A DNA stretch of 64,000 nt from Vitrella brassicaformis CCMP3155. Its lineage: Eukaryota > Protista > Chromerida. The notes beneath the pieces are model-generated. The model worked only from the letters and a program-made list of their open reading frames with translations, did no database searches and was not told where the DNA came from. This document shows, one piece after another, positions 37,600 through 50,500 of this stretch. The position numbers were made by a program, and so were the translations under genes. Within the stretch, counting starts at the first letter, position 1; each line of letters opens with the position of its first letter. The stretch covers positions 1 through 64,000 of the forward strand of contig CDMY01000292.1 in NCBI GenBank assembly GCA_001179505.1, written 5' to 3'.

Positions 37600-37836
37600 G
37601 GGAGGAAAGGTGTGACTTGAGACGAACACCGTTTTCTTGTTAGGGAGAGGGGGGCTGTGACTGATGTGGTGTCTGCTTGGCGATTGATTGGTCGTGTGTG
37701 CCTATGTGTGTTTGTGGTCTTTTATTCATTCATGTGGTTGTGGGACATTCACTGATCGAGTGGATGACAGACGGGATGGATCCACACACTCTCTCTACTG
37801 TGGGAGAGGGGGAGGGGGGGGGGGCCTTCTTCTGCT

Positions 37837-38136
37837 NNNNNNNNNNNNNNNNNNNNNNNNNNNNNNNNNNNNNNNNNNNNNNNNNNNNNNNNNNNNNNNN
37901 NNNNNNNNNNNNNNNNNNNNNNNNNNNNNNNNNNNNNNNNNNNNNNNNNNNNNNNNNNNNNNNNNNNNNNNNNNNNNNNNNNNNNNNNNNNNNNNNNNNN
38001 NNNNNNNNNNNNNNNNNNNNNNNNNNNNNNNNNNNNNNNNNNNNNNNNNNNNNNNNNNNNNNNNNNNNNNNNNNNNNNNNNNNNNNNNNNNNNNNNNNNN
38101 NNNNNNNNNNNNNNNNNNNNNNNNNNNNNNNNNNNN
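37837..38136. other. Assembly gap (300 N), probably spurious
   Basis: Both flanks carry the same poly-G plus ccttcttctgct sequence, suggesting overlapping contig ends. Confidence 0.9.
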
Positions 38137-39440
38137 GGGGGGGGGGGGGGGGGGCCTTCTTCTGCTGTGGCGTCCATTTAGTTGTCTACTCGTCGGGACG
38201 GGCGGACGGACAATTGACTCGTCATGCGTGTTGATCCAGACTGACTGATCAAGGAAGGCACTTTTTGCTCTCAATGTCCGGTGTTGCTGCTAACCCTTCT
38301 CTGTTGGCTGCTCGTCTCATGGGACGGTCACACGGGGGCTGCAATTGACCATGACCACATCCGGAGCAACAGAGGAGGAGATGAAACGTCCACACCTCAA
38401 TCTCTGTCACTCTCTCTGTCGTCATCGACCGATCGCCCCCCCAGTCATTCTTGCCAAATCCAGACATCCTCATTCGCTCACCAATCAATCAATCAGGCAG
38501 GCAGGCAGACAGGAACTCAGGCAGCTCTACTAGAAAAGACCAGCACCAATCACAAGCAGTCAAATCACCATCACCAAGCAATCCATCCATCCCTCCATCC
38601 CTCGAGGCCAACGCTCACACCCACACCCGACTCATTTCAATCATTCAGCGTGTGTCCGCTCCGCCCGCTGTCCACCATTCAGGCCCCCACCACCAGGCCA
38701 CCAAGCTACACGTTGCTGCCGCGCCGCAACATGTGGCCGAGTGGCCTGAGTCGTCTGAATGGTGGCCAGCAGACAGGGTGCGATCACAGCAACAAGAAGG
38801 CACCATGTGTTGTGTGTTGCTTATTCTGAGACACTCATAGCTCGTTACAATAGAAAAGACCTGCCAGCAGAAGACGGAATGAAGGTGCGATGGGATGCGA
38901 TTGATTTGGTTGGTGGGATGGCTGGATGGGATACAGTACACCTGTGTGGTGGCTTGCCTGTCCCTCTCCCTCTCCATGTGCCTCTGCCTCCACCTCCACC
39001 GCAACAGACACAAAGACACGCCAAGGAGGCCCTCTGATGGCTAAGTGCCCATTCATCACATCCACTGTGCAAAACGCTCCGTATGCACCGCATCGCATCG
39101 CATCTGTCTGCCCAACAGGCAGGCAGGCAGGCAGGCAAACAAACAAAAATACTCTTCTTCCCTTCCGCGAGACAAATAATAAAGTTCAACACATTCCCTG
39201 CCTGCCAAATCTCCCTGCTCTATCCTGCTCTATCTTCTGGCGACGGTGCGCATCGCATCCACCGCAAGAAAATGGCTACAAAATGACAGCCAGCACTTTC
39301 TGCCATGGCAGAAGGACACATAGAAAAAGACACACCACCAAATACTGGCAGGCAGGTACGAAACACTCCACCCACACCACACCCACACCCACACTCATGT
39401 GCAATTGGTCCACCCCATCCCATCTCACTCCTTCCTTCCA

Positions 39441-41136
39441 TTAAGACCGGTCGTGGAGTACCAGCCTGTCCTGCATGATGAGGCCGATCTCGGGGGCGTA
39501 GAACTTGGGCTCCTCCTCGACACACCCCTCCAACGCGTCCATCTCCACGATCTGCATGGCATGGTTTCACATCCCACACACGAATTCTTGCAGGGTGCGG
39601 GTGGTGGGGGACATGTGGAGGGGGTGGGGGAGGGGGAGGGCACTTTACCTTGATGGCCTGATTGGTGATGGTCTCTCCGGCTATGGTGGCCTCCACTTCC
39701 ACAAAGGCCACACGGCCGGTATACATCGACTCACCTGCACATACACACACATATCCAGGCACATTCACTCACATGAGTATGTTGTGCCTATGCCTGTGCC
39801 TGTGTCTAGTCTGTGTGTGTGTGGAGAGGAGAGCAGTTGCGGTGGGCCTTGCCTTACCAGGGACGAACTCCTCCAGGAACACATCACCCTTCTGCACACA
39901 CACACACACACACAGACACACACAGAGAGAGAGAGAGAGACGGAGTCAGATGACCACAGAGGCATAGCTGGTCACCCACCTGTGGCATAGCCGGCATAGC
40001 GATGCCCGGGAGGGCGCCGGCCTCCCCCGCCCGCCAGCTGTCCTCCACCACCACAGCACCGCTGTCATCGTACTCTGTCGCATCCTCACCCATATAACAC
40101 ACCTGCAGCACCACGGGCGACACACCGACACACAGACAGACAGACAAGCTGTGTGTGTCTTCCTGCAGGCATGTGTGTGTGTGTGTGTGTGTGTGTGTGC
40201 CTACTGTGCCGTCTGCTGCCTCCACGTAGAAGCCCCTGTGCACACACACACACACACATACGCAGTGAAACACAGCCATAAATGGCGTGACCATCATGGC
40301 CGCAGGTGTGTGGACCTTTTCAGCTCTGTGAGTGTGCCGTCGGTGTATTCTCGGGTCTCGATGATGAAGGTCTCCACACCCATGACCTCCTCTGTCTCGT
40401 TCAACACTCTGACCGAACAACACACAGACAGATGGCACACACACACACACACACACACGTCTGTGCGCGCACCGCCTCTCGAGCTGGATGATTTCTTCCC
40501 GGCCATCGCCATCGTCGTCCTGCAGCCGCCTCCGGCTCCCCCGCCGCAGTAACACCCTCATGCGGCCTCCCCCGCCTGCAGCTGCTTCTGTGTTGTTGAT
40601 CGTCGGCAAGGGACCCTCGGGGCCCGCCTGCACGCACCAATGCGCAGACACATGGGGGGTGCGCCTGTGTCTGTGTGGTGTGTGTTGCAGCGTACCAGCA
40701 CATTGAGGGTGCCGGGGATGAGAGGGAAGTAGACGTTGGTGCTGTTCAGGCTGAACGTCGTGGCTGCACACACACCACACAAGAGGCGCGGACACACACA
40801 CGTATGCATTTGGTGTGACACAAATGCCCAGATCTCTGATCTGATCTTTTTCTCTCTCTGCATGTGCCGTCGACTAACAGACAGACCAGTGGGGTCACAG
40901 AGTGTCTGTAGGATGTTCGGCTCCTCACACACCTCAAAAGCTGCTGGCGCGTCCGTCACCTGCACCGACCAACGCACCAACACAACACACGCGTCCGCAC
41001 ACCCCTCCATTCATCTGTGTCATCCGCATCTTCCCACGTGTGTGCGGCTCATGTCGGTTGTGACCTGTGCGTGTGCAGGCAACGCGCTGAGAAGGAAAAC
41101 AGCGGTGGCAGCTGTGGCGGTGGAGAAGGGATGCAT
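39441..41136 (-). CDS. Secreted protein resembling a bacterial uncharacterised (lipo)protein family, about 10 exons
   Basis: Signal peptide MHPFSTATAATAVFLLSALPAHAQ. Exons read NVYFPLIPGTL, VRVLNETEEVMGVETFIIETREYTDGTLTELK, GFYVEAADGT, VCYMGEDATEYDDSGAVVVEDSWRAGEAGALPGIAMPAMPQ, KGDVFLEEFVP and EMDALEGCVEEEPKFYAPEIGLI. Stop TAA at 39443-39441. Confidence 0.8.
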
Positions 41137-41391
41137 CCTGGCGGTGGATGAGGACGAATGGATGGATGGAAAGCGCCAGGGATCTCTCAGAGCGGATCTT
41201 TGCGCGCTTCAGCTCGCGACTCTCCGAAAAGCTCGCACCTCTCTGAAGAACGAAATTTCAACGAGCTCATGAGGATGTGTGACAGGTGCTGACGTCACTG
41301 TGAGAAAGGTGAGAGCTAAAGGCGCACAGATGAATGCACTCACTCCAGCTGTGTGGCTGCGCGCGTGTGTGATGGTGTGTGCGTCAGTCAG

Positions 41392-42271
41392 ATGGGCAAG
41401 CAGAAGAAGGGGCGGGAAGTCAACCCCACTGACGCCTACAGGTCAGCCAACAAAACGACCGCACCAAGATGCGATGCATCTCCCTGCATGTGTCTGTCGG
41501 TGTGTGTGTTTCTCTCCTTTATGATAACATCTTTCACCACCAGGAAGCAGCAGCGCGAGAAGGAGAAGAAGCGGGTAGGGGCAGAGAGAGGGGTCACGGC
41601 ACCCACAGCAGCCACACAGTGTGTTGTGGGCACGTCTGTCTGTCATCTGATTCATTCATCAGAACAAGCAGGCGCGTCAGAAGCTGCGCGAGTCGACCCT
41701 GGTCAGGAAGAACCCACACGCCATCAAGGAACAGATCGACAGACTCAAAAAGGAGGGTTAGTCCTCCTGCACCGCACACACCGCAGCCAACGCACAGATT
41801 CATTGCCCATTTGTGTGTGTGACTGTGTGTGTGTGTATGTGTGTGTGTGTGTGTGTGGGTCATCAGAGCACTTTGGTCGCATCACTCCGTCGGACAAGAA
41901 GAAGCTCGAGTCGCTCAACAAAACATGGGACAAGGTACGCACACAACACACAACACACGACTGCTGAGAAAGTCCGTATCGATGTCTATCGTTGTGGATG
42001 GGCCTGTGGGTGCACTGCAGCTCAAGTCTAGCATATTGGCCAACAAGGACAAGCTGGCGGACAAGGTCACCATCGACATGCAGGGCATTCAGGGTGGGCC
42101 TCCCAACCACTGCACACTGACTGACAGACAGAGAGACATCCCACAAGACACGCTCACAGTATCTGTGTGTGTCTCTGTCTGTCTGTCTGTCTGTGTGTGT
42201 GTTGAATTAACTGTTGGGTGTAGAGGAAGGGGAGAGCAGCGAAGAGAGCGGGGAAGGTACACACACACGGC

Positions 42272-42305
<34 letters not shown>

Positions 42306-44891
42306 CGAAGCGCACTCACCGATACGCAGAGACATCCTTGTGTGTGTGTGTGTGTGTGTGGACGTCACCAGAGTCCCCCCCAGAGGAGGCGGGCGCAGCA
42401 GCTGCGAGTGCGAGTCCGCCGTCGGTGCCTCTTCCCCCCCTGCCCCCTCCCCCGCCCCCGCCCCCCCCGCCAGGCATGCCGCCATTCATCTTCAGCCCCT
42501 TCATGCAGCAACAAACATTCCCGGGAGCCGCTGCTGCTGGTGAGCATTGATTGCCTGGGGTGGGCGGCCTTCACCACATCCATTCACCATCGGTGTCGTG
42601 TGTGTGTGTGTGTGTGTGTGAGTCAGCTCCTCCGCCATTGCCACCTGGCCCTCCACCTGGCCCTCCACCAGCCTCGTCAATGCCGGTTGAGCAGGTCAGC
42701 CTCACAGAGAGGGAGGGAGGGAGGTTCCCAGCAGTACACACACGGATGGATGAATGGATGGATGGATGGATGGATGTCAGCCGCCTCCTTTACCTCCCGG
42801 CCCACCACCGTTGCCAGAGGGAGAGCCGCCCACGGAGCAAGGCGGGCAGGTGCGTGTGGGCCGATGCTGTGTGTCATCATGACCTCTTTGTGTGTGTGTG
42901 TGTGTGTGGTCAGGGGGCCTCTTCTCTTCCTGGAGCTGCAGCTGCTGGTGACAACATCGGTATGTCTGCACGCACAACCGCACAAACTGAAATGCGCGCA
43001 CACGTGAATCGGTTCATGTGTGTTGGTTGTGGGTGTCAGTGTCCTCCGTCCCCCCCGCAGCCCGTGGTCGCGGCAAGGCCCTGACGCAGCCGGCGTGGAT
43101 GGCCAAAATCAAAGAGACAGACCAAGGCGCACATCAAGGCAAGCAGGAGGGTGGATCATTCCTTTCTTTGCGAGGTCACCATTCCTCTGTGCTGGGCTGG
43201 GCTGTGTGCGCGCTGCACAGAATCGGCGAAGGAGGAGCCCCCACCGCTGCCCGGTGCAATGCCACTAGAGACAGGTGAGGTGTCTGCACACACACTCAGC
43301 CATCCATTCATCCGTTTGTCAAGCCATTTGTCCATCTTATTGCGTGTAATGGCATGCAGCTGCAGTGCCTGTGGTGGGTGTGGGTGTCGGTGTTGGTGTT
43401 GGTGTTGGTGTTGATGTGGGTATCGGGGCCGGCAGGGCCCTCACCCAGCCCGCGTGGATGACCAAAGTGCAGCTACAGCAGCCGGGAGAAGGAAAGGCGG
43501 AAGGTGCGGTACATATACCATACGCCGCCCCATCCATGCCGCCCCATTCATCGTGTCTGTGTGTGCAGGTGGTGGCCAGGAGGAGGACACTGATGCCAAA
43601 GCAGACGAGGCGAATGTGGAGGGGGAGCGGCCACGACAGCCATCTGTGGTCACCCACCAGCCTCCTGCTGCTGCTGCTGGTGTAGCTCTTGGCGGTGGCG
43701 CTTCTGGCCCTTTGTTGCCCCCGCCTCCGCCACCCATTCCGGCGTGGATGCTGCCCATGTTGCAGCAGACGGGTCCGTGGGGTGCGTCGCTTGGTTCTCT
43801 CTGTGTACTGTGTGTGTGTATGTGTGTGTGTGTGTCTGTGTGGGTATGTGTCAACAGGTGTGGGTATGGGTGTGCCATTGGGTGGCACTGCTCCTCTGTT
43901 GCCAACTCCTGCAGCCTGGGACATGACGGCAGGTACGAAGTACGTCCCTCTGTCTGTCTGTGTCCTCTCCTCTCTAGCCATCCCATGATCGATGTGCAAT
44001 TGGTAACGCATTGAATTGCAGGTGGTCTACCACCCTCTCCCTCTGGGCACCAAGCGGCGCTGCGCATGCCAATGCCCCCACCGCCACCGCCACCGCCACC
44101 ACCAGCACCAGCATCAGCTATACCCATTGCGCAGAGTCCAGCAGGTGAGCGACACCCATATCTCCCTCCATCCGGAACACGCGGAGCGGACAAGATGTGA
44201 TTCATTCTACTGATTGATGATGCAGACCACCCCGTGGCGGCCCCTCCGGTGCTGACCGCATCAGCTGTATCGGTATCAGCGGCGCCAGTGCCACGGACTC
44301 AGATGCAGGCCCAGACACAGTCGAGTACGAGCAAGGTCCCTGCGGCCGCATTGAAGTTCAGACCCACACAGCTCAGGTAGGTGGGCAGGCACCGCAACGC
44401 CACATGTGTCTCTTGACGGCATGGCTGTGTGTGGAAATGGTGTGATGGATAGGTCTCGGCCGTCATCGGGCGGTGCTGCTGGTGGTGGTGGTGGTGGTGC
44501 CGGTGTGGGTGCCCGTCAAGTGTCGTCCCTCACACAAGTCACGGGCTTCTCCACTGGGCGGGATCGGCAGCATGTCGCCGCTGCTGGTGGCCATGGGGCG
44601 GTGCCGAAGCCGAAGGACGAACCGGTTGTCGTCGAGCTGCAGAGGGAGAAGGAGGTGCGTTGGTGTGGGTGCGTGTGGATGAATGTCACACGAGCAGCGA
44701 CACACGTGTGTGTGTGTGGGTGTTGGCAGGCCCCCGCGGCTGCCTCTCAGCCAAAGGCCGACCAGAAGCAATTCGATGACGTGAGCATAGTCCCCACACA
44801 CACACACACCCCTAAATGGCCGTATGTGTGTTGATGTGTGTGTGTGTAGGAGTACCTGGAGCTGATGCGGCAGATTGGCAGCCCGCCGTGA
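41392..44891 (+). CDS. WBP11: WW-domain-binding protein 11 (WBP11/SIPP1/NpwBP) splicing factor, multi-exon, Pro-rich
   Basis: N-terminus MGKQKKGREVNPTDAY/RKQQREKEKKR/NKQARQKLRESTLVRKNPHAIKEQIDRLKKE matches the Wbp11 domain pattern. Poly-Pro tracts follow, and the C-terminus reads ADQKQFDD/EYLELMRQIGSPP*. Confidence 0.88.
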
Positions 44892-45339
44892 GGGCTGCCT
44901 GTGGCTTAGTGGTGCTGGTGCTGGTGTCCTATGGTCGATGCTGACTTGAAAGACGGACACAGACAGACGCTGACTGACGTCAATTGTGTGCCCTACTGCC
45001 TGCGTGTGTGCGGTCATGCGTCAGCACAGAGCGAGCACATCACACCTCTGCCGACAGACAATGTGATGTGCACTCCTTTAGAGCGATATAAAGGAATGCG
45101 AGGCGGTTCAGTTGTCAGTTTGAATGCAATGCGTCCGTGAGTGAGTGGCTTTGGTCTGTCTGGTCATTTCCTCACTCACTGGCAGCAACAGAGTCCGCAT
45201 CCATCGCAGCCACACACACACAGCCATAAAGAAGAGATGACACCCACCCGTCCATTCCATTTCATCAACGCGATGAGCCACTTCACTCAATCAAACAGTC
45301 AGCCCTCTCCACCACACACATCTCTGTCCCCTCCTCCCG

Positions 45340-46427
45340 TCACACCACCGTCCCTCTGTTGATGACGCCATCGGCTAGCTCGAAGTGGCTCAGCACGGCA
45401 CGCCAGCGGGGCATCGATGTGGGGAAGCGGACGGCCAGCGGCTGAGACCGATCGCCAGCAGACCGCTCGGTCGTCCACAGAGTGATGTCGCCTATCACCG
45501 ACAGAAGGGCAGCGACGTCCTCGTTGGGCCGGAAGCCGCTCACGACCACATAACGAAAGTGAAAAGGGTTGGCATAATTCAGGTTGCCGCCGTCATTCCG
45601 GTAGTCCACAGCGATGGCCCCCTGCTGCTGCTCGCTCATGGCCTCGGTCAGCAGACGGCGGTAGCGGGTGTCATTCCTGCCGATGTGTGCCTGCAGCACC
45701 CTCCTGTTGCCGACCCATGCCTCATGGCACCACAGCATGAAGAGCCTGCCCAGCAGGAACGATGAGAAGGAGGCGAGGAGCCAGTTGCCCCATCGGATGG
45801 CGGGATCGGTCGTATTGTAGGCGCTGCGATAGGGATGGTTGGCCGGCAGCTCACTCAACGGCACCACACGGAACGACTCATCGCCGATCCGATGGACATC
45901 GTTGTCAGCTGGCTGCAGCGCCAGACTGGTGCCCTGGTGGGTGAGGCGGTGGCCGAATAGCCGGTAGATGGCCATGGCTAAGGGCAGCTGGAGGAAGGCT
46001 GTTGGGGAGGGCAGCGCATCAGCCGACAGCCGCAGGGGCAGAGTTGCATTGGGAGTGAGCCGATAGATGGCGGCCAGCCGAATGAACCGCCCCATCGCCC
46101 GCCACTCGCCGCCACTGCCCTCCTCCAGCAGATGCACCACCTTCCAGCCGTCCTCCAGACCACCGACGTCGAAGACCAGGGCGTCCTCGAGCCCCAGACG
46201 ACCGACGGCCTCCTCTATGCGCTGCTCGACGAGTGTGAGGGCGGTGCTGGCCTCGGCCTGCGGCAATCTGTCGATGCACTGACGGAGCGTGGCGCGTCTG
46301 TCGGGTGGGGTGACATGGCCATGTCTGCCGCCCTGGTGATGGCAAGGTCGGGCAGAGAGGGGACCGCCGGAGGGGCGGCGGGGGGCGGGGGAGTGGTGGG
46401 GGGCAGCTGATGCGACGACGACGCCAT
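45340..46427 (-). pseudogene. Intronless lineage-specific family protein, subtype B; apparent 1-nt frameshift near 46290
   Basis: ATG at 46427 gives MASSSHQLPPTTPPPPAAPPAVPSLPDLAITRAA, as in the 60801 copy, but this is out of frame with the 308-aa ORF 46266-45340. Adding one base (gac gcg [g]cc acg ctc cgt cag tgc) restores it. Could be a sequencing error. Confidence 0.7.
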
Positions 46428-46729
46428 CGGTGAGTGAGTGAGAGATCTGAATGAATCAAAAGAGGAAGGACACACGAACGAGTGAATGGCAATCAGTCAG
46501 TGAGACGAGATCCATGGGAGGGCGGGATGCTCTGCTTACCTCAGACAGACATTGTCACAGCAGAGAGGCGGGGAGTGAGCCGGGGTGAATGAGTGACTCT
46601 GCAGACAGAAAGCACGAGCGTGATGCAGCTCAGACACACCAGCAGCAGCTGTGTGAAGCATTGTCAGTCGTCCATTGCGCTCTCGCTGCCCTCTCACCTT
46701 CGATGAGCGACCAAAAGCCTTCAAAATCG
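46425..46729 (-). repeat. Upstream cassette R3, inverted copy of 60471-60803
   Basis: The reverse complement shares cgattttgaagg..ctcatcgaaggtgagagggcagcgagag..gacaatgcttcacacagctgctg and tgagg(t)aagcagagcatcccgccctcccatggatctcgtc..gattgccattcactcgttcgtgtgtccttcctcttttgattcattcagatctctcactcactcaccgATG with the region upstream of the 60801 gene. Confidence 0.9.
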
Positions 46730-46760
46730 CCGATGTCCCGCACACGGCAATCCACTACTG

Positions 46761-47054
46761 TATCTATGCGATGCATCGGATGGATGGCGTCTTGCCTTGT
46801 GGGACTGCCTGTTTTCCGACAGTGACGCCTGATTGATTGATGTGATGCGCCCGTGTGTGTGTGTGTGTGCATGTCTGTAGACACAGAATTGACTGAATGT
46901 CACCTCTTTCGGCGGTCCGCGCACCTGAATGCCATTCATCCACCGTTGCGAACTCGTTGAGAACTCATTCAAAAGGCGGTGGTGGTAAGAATTCAAAAAG
47001 TCGTCAATGAATGCGAGCTTAGACAGGAGAAAACGATCGCCATTTCGCGAAATC
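46761..47054 (+). repeat. Direct repeat R1, copy 1 (about 295 bp)
   Basis: Near-identical to 51432-51729; only a handful of substitutions and a (GT)n length difference by eye. Confidence 0.95.
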
Positions 47055-47228
47055 TCGACTAGTATAGTCTATATCCGCGCTCTTTCTCCCGTGGTAGCTT
47101 CCACGGCAATCGAGTGACAGAGCAGTTGTCGCAAACCCCTCTCTCTCCCCCCGGGTGACCCCCATTTCACGACTTCAAGACTTCAGGACTGGGAGCGGAC
47201 TAAGTTTGCAACCACCACAACAGACAGC

Positions 47229-50200
47229 ATGATGAGTTTGCGCGATGCGTCGGCCCCTGCGGCCAACAACAAATTCAACAGCAGTCGCGGGCGTGGGAGA
47301 GGCAGGGGCACCGGCTCTCTCTTTCGAGCGTCTTCATCCCCCGCTCTCCTCGGGATGGGCACTGACCAGATGCTGAGCCTCGAGTCGCCCGAGCACCCGC
47401 CCGAGGCGACCGCCCAAGCGCCCATCCTTAGCCTGGCAGGACTGGCAGAGCGGAGCAGCAGCGGATCTGCTCCTTCTGACTCGGTTCGGCCCAAGCGCGT
47501 TACGGTCGGTTTACCCAAGGTGGTGCCCCCCACTCTCGAGGGTCTCCTCCCTGAGCGAGCATTGAAGGGCAGGCCATCGACCCTCAGCCCCTCTGAACGA
47601 GAGCCCCTCACCGTCTCGACAGCAGGCAGCCCCTCGCCGCGAAAGGGTGTTCGACTGAGTCTGGGAAGGAGTGGCAGCGACATCGGGGCAGGGACGAGTG
47701 AGGTCGTGTCCTCCAGCAGTCAGCACGGCGGCGCCTTCCCTTTCGTGGATTCCAGCGGCCACAGCGACCTTGATGCCATGCGCAGGGCTATCACCAGTGT
47801 GCCGTCTCCGCAGGGCAGCGGGGCTTCGCACGGCGGCCTCTCGCAGTCATTCACGTCATCTCAAGGAGAGTCAGCCGCAAGTCGCCGAGAGTCGGCAGCC
47901 TCTGCCTCTGGTGCTGCCAATGAAGGGCTCGTCACGGCAGCCAAGATCGTCGCGCAGCTGCTGAGTGAGAATGAGCAGTTTCGCCAACATGTGCTCATCT
48001 GCGGGGACGTCGTATCAGCCATGGACCGCAGCCCCGGGCAGAGGCTTGACGCCTCAGGTCGGTCCTCGCAGCAGCGACGGAAGAGTGCGTTCGCGACAAT
48101 GGACAGCGGACTACTGTCAATGGGAAGCCTCGACGAGATATCGGAGAGCTACGAGCGACAGATGGAGACAATGGAGAGCGACGAGAGTGACAAGGCACGT
48201 CAGGAGGAGGAGCCCAGAAAGAAGGGCCTTTCTTCCCGCAGAGGGTCGCTGACCACCAGCTCTCGGCAGAGAATGAGCGTCGGCGAGCAGCAGCGACGGA
48301 AGAGTGCGTTCGCGACAATGGACAGCGGACTACTGTCAATGGGAAGACTCCTCCTCCTGTCGGAGTCCATTGACAAGGCACGTCAGGAGGAGGAGCAGCT
48401 GCAGAAGCAGCTGCGAAACGCCAACGAGGTACGCACGCATTCAGCAAGCGGACGAGTGGGACACGAGTCTGTTCGCTGTTTTTGTTTCGTCCCCTTTGGT
48501 TGGTCGGTGTCAGGATTTGAAGAAGCTGAGCAACACGATGGACACAGAAGAGTACAAGAGGTTGCAAGAGCGGTATGAGGAGAAGGAGGCTGAGCTCGCC
48601 ACTGTGAAGCGGCAAGTCAACGAGCACAAGCGGGGCGAGGAAAACGCCAAGCGAAAGAACACCGAGTTGCAACAGGTCGGTGCGTCAGGATTGAATGACA
48701 CACCAACTCCTCTCCGGTCCACACAACATCCATCTCTGTTGTACACATGCTTGTGTACGTACAGGCGCTGATCTGAAGGAGGAGCACGAGCGAGCCCTCG
48801 ATCGCAAGCGTCCCGAGGTGGTGGAGGCGCAGCGGAAGGCACACGAGGTCACCGAGCAGCTGCAGCGTCTCAAGGCTGTCTTCAAGGCGAAGGAGCGCGA
48901 AATGGACGACGACGTCAAGCGAGCGGAGCAGGGGTGGGCCGAGGCCAGTAAGCGGGCCCTGCAGCTGCATGTAGAGCTCAACAAACTCAAATCCGTGCTT
49001 GGTAAGCAAAGCATCACAGCATTAATCATTCATCAGACAAGCCTTCGTTTGTCTTTGTCCGTGTGTCTGTCTGTCTGTCTGTCTGTCAGATGATTACAAT
49101 TCCAAGGCCGCGAATCTCACCAACGTAAGCCAAGGAGTATCAACAACCACACACTGACTTGAACATTGTGCTGTCTGGGTGGCTGCCCTTTTTATGACCG
49201 ATCAGTTGGTTCGTGCTCTTGAGGCGAAGGAGTCCAGCTTCTCAGAGTCGCTGCAGGACCTCAGATCGCAGCTCGCCACTGGGGGTATTCCCAAGCCACA
49301 CCAGTACCCACAAAGCCCCCCCAGAGGAGCCACACTCACCAGAACACCCGTGAGTGAAGTGAAGAACACAGACCTCTTCGCGCGACTGTGGTACCTGTTC
49401 CTCATTGTGTGCGGCCATAGGGTGGTACAGTGAGTCCCGGTGCTCGACCCGCCTCACCGGCAGAGCAGTTCCAGGAGCTCGTGACTGAGTTGCAGTCACT
49501 GCACTGCCAGCAAGTCTGCGCTGCTCAGGTTCTCAGGCGCCACCGCGGCCATGCACAACAATCACGGCATCTGTCCTGTCAGGTTCTCGAGAACCTTCTC
49601 AGCGAGTGTGAAGACTACAAGAGAAGGTGAATGAGGATGACCTACCTGCAAATACGTGGGTCGTGATGCGTGTCCTGTCTCGGCCCCTCAGGTATGAGAT
49701 GAAGGTCGGCGCGCTCGGCGCCACCCAGGATGAGATGCGCGCATCCGCTCAACGAGAACAGGAGCTGCAGACTAACGTATGTGCACACAAATGTATCCCT
49801 CAAGCCATCCATTAGACACACATCCTCTTTTCATCACTAATCAGATTCGCGACAAGACTCGGGAGCTGGGTGAGTGTCAGCAGCGACTGCGGCACGTGCA
49901 GGGCGTGCTCGAGCAGTCGGAGAAGGACAGGCTGGAAATCAGACAGAAATACGTCGAAGTCGGGGAGAAATTCGAGCGGCAAGTCACTCATCCAATCCAC
50001 ACCTAAGGCGCCTCACCCAAGCGATTTGTATTATGTGTGCAGGTACATCCAGCCAGTGGAGCGTGAGAACAAGGCCGCTAAGGTACCTATCATACACACA
50101 CACACACACACATCGATGTGTGGAATGTGGATGCCAGGCTGCGTTTGTGCAGACTCAGCTTGTCCAGTACAAGAAGGATAGGATCAAGTCCATAGTCAGT

Positions 50201-50500
50201 CAGGTGCATGGCATGAATGTCATGATGAGTGAAGCTGGACCACCTGCATGCCATGCTGACGGCCTACGGCTGTCGTGTTCCATACAGACGGAGATCAGCA
50301 CGCTCAAGAAGCAGTTGGTCGTCAGTGAACAGGAGCGGGAGAATCTACTCATACAAATCAAGGTGGGTCAGTCAGACACACCGATGCACTCACTGATGAT
50401 GCACAGATTTCTCGCCTTTTTCTCTGTGTCAGTATCTGATGAAGCAGCTGGCGCTCGCCGAGGCGCGCAAGGACCAAATCCCGCTCGAAAAGCATCAATC
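47229..50500 (+). CDS. Ser-rich N-terminus plus long coiled-coil protein of unknown function, multi-exon
   Basis: A 449-aa first ORF, then heptad-rich exons (DLKKLSNTMDTEEYKRLQERYEEKEAELATVKRQVNEH; ADLKEEHERALDRKRPEVVEAQRKAHEVTEQLQRLK; IRDKTRELGECQQRLRHVQGVLEQSEKDRLEIRQKY). The 3' end is uncertain. Confidence 0.7.

Noticed and set aside
37800-38170. Apparent repeat around the third N gap
   Set aside because: Identical poly-G plus ccttcttctgct on both sides is best explained as overlapping contig ends.
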